Shown here piece by piece: positions 52,515 to 55,253 of a stretch of DNA of 55,253 nt (positions are counted from its first letter, which is position 1; each line of letters opens with the position of its first letter). The position numbers and the translations under genes were made by a program. The stretch covers positions 1 to 55,253 of the IMG/VR virus record IMGVR_UViG_3300033052_000029; one strand, given 5' to 3'. The notes below the pieces were generated by a model that had not been told where the DNA came from, searched no databases, and saw only the letters and a program-made list of their open reading frames with translations. Origin of the DNA: a virus. Taxonomy: Duplodnaviria; Caudoviricetes.

Positions 52515-53423
52515 ATGGCAAACAGCACTACCAATCTCGACCTGATCAGCCCGTCCCAGGCGAACAAGGAGGTCACGGCGAACAGTCTGTTCGATGCCGC
52601 TTCCCCCGCCATGTTGTATGGACGGCGCGCTTCGGCCACTGCCGGCCTGACCTGGGGCTATTACGGTGGCGCGGTGTCGATCAGCGGTACTCCAACCAGC
52701 ATCTCCAACGGCACGGTCACGCTTGCAGCCTCGTCGACGAACTATGTCGAAGCCAATCCAGCAAATGGCTCGGTGTCGGTCAATACCGCCGGCTTTACAG
52801 CCGGCAGGACCCCACTGTACCAGGTGGTGACGGACACAGCGACCGTGACGAGCTATGCGGACCTGCGCACTGGCGGTACAGGTCCCGCAGGCCCCGCTGG
52901 GCCAACAGGGGCTACTGGCGCGCCGGGCGCAGCCGGCGCTACTGGCGCAGCCGGGGCGACGGGGCCTGCAGGTCCCGGCGTGCCAACCGGCGGCGCGGCA
53001 GGACAGGTGCTGAAGAAGACGAGCGGCACGGACTACGCGACGGCCTGGGCATCCGAGCCGCTGGTTGCAATTCCGTTCTACCCCGGCGTGCCACCCGCGA
53101 GCGCCCTGATGCTCCTGTTCCCAGCCCCGGCCGGCATCACGACGCTGACCTTCGCCGCAGCGATGGCCGGCAGTTCGGGCAAGGCTTTGGTAGCTGCCAC
53201 CGCGCAGACTGATTTCGACGTGCGAAAGAACGCGAGCAGCGCATCGACGGGCACAAGTGTCGGCACGATCCGGTTCGCAGCCGGGGCGACGGAGCCAACC
53301 TTCATCGCGGCCAGCGGCTTTACCCTGACGGGCGGATCGGATTGGCTGACCGTGTGGGCGCCCGCAGCACCTGACGCGACGCTCGCAAACATCGCAGCAG
53401 CACTGTACTGCACGCGCTCGTAA
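52515..53423 (+). CDS. Tail fibre with collagen-like Gly-X-Y repeats
   Basis: SQANKEVTANSLFDA N-terminus; GPAGPAGPTGATGAPGAAG...; GQVLKKTSGTDY. Confidence 0.8.
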   Translation: MANSTTNLDLISPSQANKEVTANSLFDAASPAMLYGRRASATAGLTWGYYGGAVSISGTPTSISNGTVTLAASSTNYVEANPANGSVSVNTAGFTAGRTPLYQVVTDTATVTSYADLRTGGTGPAGPAGPTGATGAPGAAGATGAAGATGPAGPGVPTGGAAGQVLKKTSGTDYATAWASEPLVAIPFYPGVPPASALMLLFPAPAGITTLTFAAAMAGSSGKALVAATAQTDFDVRKNASSASTGTSVGTIRFAAGATEPTFIAASGFTLTGGSDWLTVWAPAAPDATLANIAAALYCTRS

Positions 53424-53443
53424 GCGCATCGAAAGGATCAAAC

Positions 53444-54457
53444 ATGACTTTCTACTTCGTTGGTGGCGAGGATCACGATTTCACAAGGATCGGCGCATGC
53501 AGCGTGGATACGGCGACAACTGCCGCTCGCAGTACTAGTAATGCGCGCTGCGCGCTCCTGGTGGAGCGGGTCGCATCCAGAACTGATGGCTGGGTCTGCA
53601 GGTTCGATAGTTCCCAGTCCGCCTTTTGGTTCACCGCCCAGATGTTCATTGAATCGGGCGGCAGTACTAGCGCATCACCTCCCGAATGCGTGTCCTTTCT
53701 GGATGGCGCAATTCGTCGCATTGGACTGGAGATATCTTCGAGCACTTTCAGGCTGTACAAGCGCAATGCAGCTGGAACAAAAACCAACCTCGCAACTTCT
53801 AGTGTCGTGATCACCACAGGGGTGCGCCAGAAACTTGATATCCAGGTCTCGTACGGGGTAACTGGATTCGTGAACGTTTATCTCAACAGCTCCCTGATAC
53901 TCAACTATGCCGGTGATTTGACGACCGACGGCACCACGTCCTTGAATGGCGCGGTGCTCGGCCCGAGTCACTTTGGCATCGGAAGCGGAACGCAGGGCAA
54001 TATGTACTGGTCCGAGGTCATTAGCGCAAGTGAAGATACGCGAGCCCTTAGCCTCGTCACTTTGGCGCCTACGGACAATGGGGCAAGCTTTACATGGACT
54101 ACGGGGAATTATGCGGCCATCGATGAGATTACGACCGATGACGCAGACACGATCACGAGTGCCACCCCCGGGCAACTTGCGCAGTTCGCGGTCGGCACCG
54201 CGGGCATTATTGGAACACCAGCGATTCGCGCCGTGTGTATTTCAGCGCGCGCGCAAAAGGGCGGCGAGGGCCCGCAGAACGCGAAACTCAATGTCCGTGT
54301 TGCCGGTATTAACCATCTGAGTTCGACCGTGGCGCTCCCTGCTGCCATGAGCCGAATCGCTTATACCTTTCCCGTCAATCCTGGCACCGCAGGCCCATGG
54401 GCTTACAGCGATTTGATCGCGGCCGGCTTCAACATCGGCATTCAGTCGGAGGCGTGA
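53444..54457 (+). CDS. Beta-sandwich (lectin-like) putative receptor-binding protein
   Basis: 337 aa, beta-rich, AT-richer codons, follows the fibre gene. Confidence 0.55.
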   Translation: MTFYFVGGEDHDFTRIGACSVDTATTAARSTSNARCALLVERVASRTDGWVCRFDSSQSAFWFTAQMFIESGGSTSASPPECVSFLDGAIRRIGLEISSSTFRLYKRNAAGTKTNLATSSVVITTGVRQKLDIQVSYGVTGFVNVYLNSSLILNYAGDLTTDGTTSLNGAVLGPSHFGIGSGTQGNMYWSEVISASEDTRALSLVTLAPTDNGASFTWTTGNYAAIDEITTDDADTITSATPGQLAQFAVGTAGIIGTPAIRAVCISARAQKGGEGPQNAKLNVRVAGINHLSSTVALPAAMSRIAYTFPVNPGTAGPWAYSDLIAAGFNIGIQSEA

Positions 54458-54461
54458 TCTT

Positions 54462-54659
54462 ATGGCTGATGTATCGAAGCTTAATGCATATGCCGTCATT
54501 GGCAGCCCGCACGATAGGATAGCGATCCCAAAGCTGACCGCCTATGCCGTTACAAACGATGCAGCGAAGTACATAAGCCTCTCGAAGCTGACCGCCTACG
54601 CGGTCGTGGTTGAATCGCCCGCAGTTGTCGCCCGGCCGCATGTTTTCGTCTGCACCTAA
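54462..54659 (+). CDS. Small protein with three KL(N/T)AYAV repeats
   Basis: VSKLNAYAV, IPKLTAYAV, LSKLTAYAV. Confidence 0.65.
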   Translation: MADVSKLNAYAVIGSPHDRIAIPKLTAYAVTNDAAKYISLSKLTAYAVVVESPAVVARPHVFVCT

Positions 54660-54673
54660 CCAGAAAGGACATC

Positions 54674-55057
54674 ATGGATATCACGATCACCGTCGCCGGC
54701 CAAGTCCACCTTGCGGCATTGAGCCGCGCCTTGGCCGCCTACAACGCCAGCAATCCGCCGCTGGCTGAACAGCAGTTCCTGCAAAAGCTTGTTGACGGGC
54801 AGCTCAAGGGTTTGATCACGGCCTACGTGGTCACGCAACTCACGAAGCTGGCCTTCCTGAACCGCTTCACAGCAAGCGAGCGCATCGCGATTCGCGCCGC
54901 GGCCGAGCAATCCCCGGCGATTCACGACTACATGGCCATGCTGGACGCCGCGCAGGACGTGGACCTGCTGGACGCGCGCACCATCGGCGGCGTGCAGGCG
55001 CTGGAAGCTGCCGGCCTGCTGGGCGAGGGCCGCGCAGGCGAGATCCTGGCGCTGTAG
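54674..55057 (+). CDS. Tail-fibre-associated protein
   Basis: LTKLAFLNRFT..ERIAIRAAA...VDL.D.RT..G...L...GLL...RA.EIL. Confidence 0.65.
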   Translation: MDITITVAGQVHLAALSRALAAYNASNPPLAEQQFLQKLVDGQLKGLITAYVVTQLTKLAFLNRFTASERIAIRAAAEQSPAIHDYMAMLDAAQDVDLLDARTIGGVQALEAAGLLGEGRAGEILAL

Positions 55058-55059
55058 CC

Positions 55060-55253
55060 ATGTGCCGCGCGCTCCTGTTCGTGGCGATCTTCCTGACCTG
55101 CCAGGTCGCGCATGTGCTGGCATCGCTCTGGATGATCGGGGCGGCATTGGTCGGCAGTGAGCGTGCCTGGAAGATCATTCTCGGCTACGACTACCTGGGC
55201 AACAGCGTCACCGGCGGCGAGCCGGGCGAGTTGATCAGCACGCGCGCCAACCG
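55060..55253 (+). CDS. 5' part of a conserved small membrane protein (continues at 41-125)
   Basis: MCRALLFVAIF...YDYLGNSVTGGEPGELISTRAN runs off the window end. Confidence 0.8.
   Translation, partial: MCRALLFVAIFLTCQVAHVLASLWMIGAALVGSERAWKIILGYDYLGNSVTGGEPGELISTRAN

Larger units (their letters stand above)
1..55253. mobile_element. Temperate siphovirus genome, circular/excised form, apparently complete
   Basis: Integration, immunity, replication, head, tail and lysis modules all present; no host genes; terminal ORF joins across the ends; attP intact. Confidence 0.93.

Noticed and set aside
49167-55057. Invertible or DGR-diversified tail fibre locus
   Set aside because: No invertase, reverse transcriptase, flanking inverted repeats or template/variable repeat pair seen

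Overview
The window is an apparently complete, circularly permuted ~55.2 kb genome of a GC-rich temperate siphovirus with lambdoid organisation. The host is probably a betaproteobacterium (Burkholderiales/Oxalobacteraceae-like; this is inference). The last ORF (55060..end) continues in frame at position 41, and an intact two-armed attP lies between int and xis, so this is the excised/virion form rather than an integrated prophage. Gene order: lysis cassette (holin, SAR endolysin, overlapping Rz/Rz1), HTH-metallophosphoesterase, a LexA-box gene and a low-GC moron; then P4-type integrase, attP and xis; a leftward early arm (mosaic DUF551 genes, NinB, Exo/Bet, small peptides, ~500 nt of structured RNA); an immunity region (short peptidase-less repressor, Cro/YdaS-like gene, CTAG-N5-CTAG operators, Arc-like gene, second LexA box); replication (wHTH-HNH paralog, initiator with iterons, PAPS-reductase-like enzyme, DnaB); RuvC-like resolvase, RdgC-FtsK-gamma fusion and Q-like gene; a late leader with tRNA-Tyr(GTA); head genes; a CE4-deacetylase-like protein; and a GTA-like long non-contractile tail with a split megatron and collagen-containing fibre. 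Best leads: the HNH/initiator/PAPS-reductase replication module, a duplicated GGAU-tetraloop leader motif before the scaffold and capsid genes, an expanded tRNA-like (C4-like) RNA in the early leader, and LexA-controlled genes beside a non-cleavable repressor. All family names come from motif recognition by eye; no searches were run.
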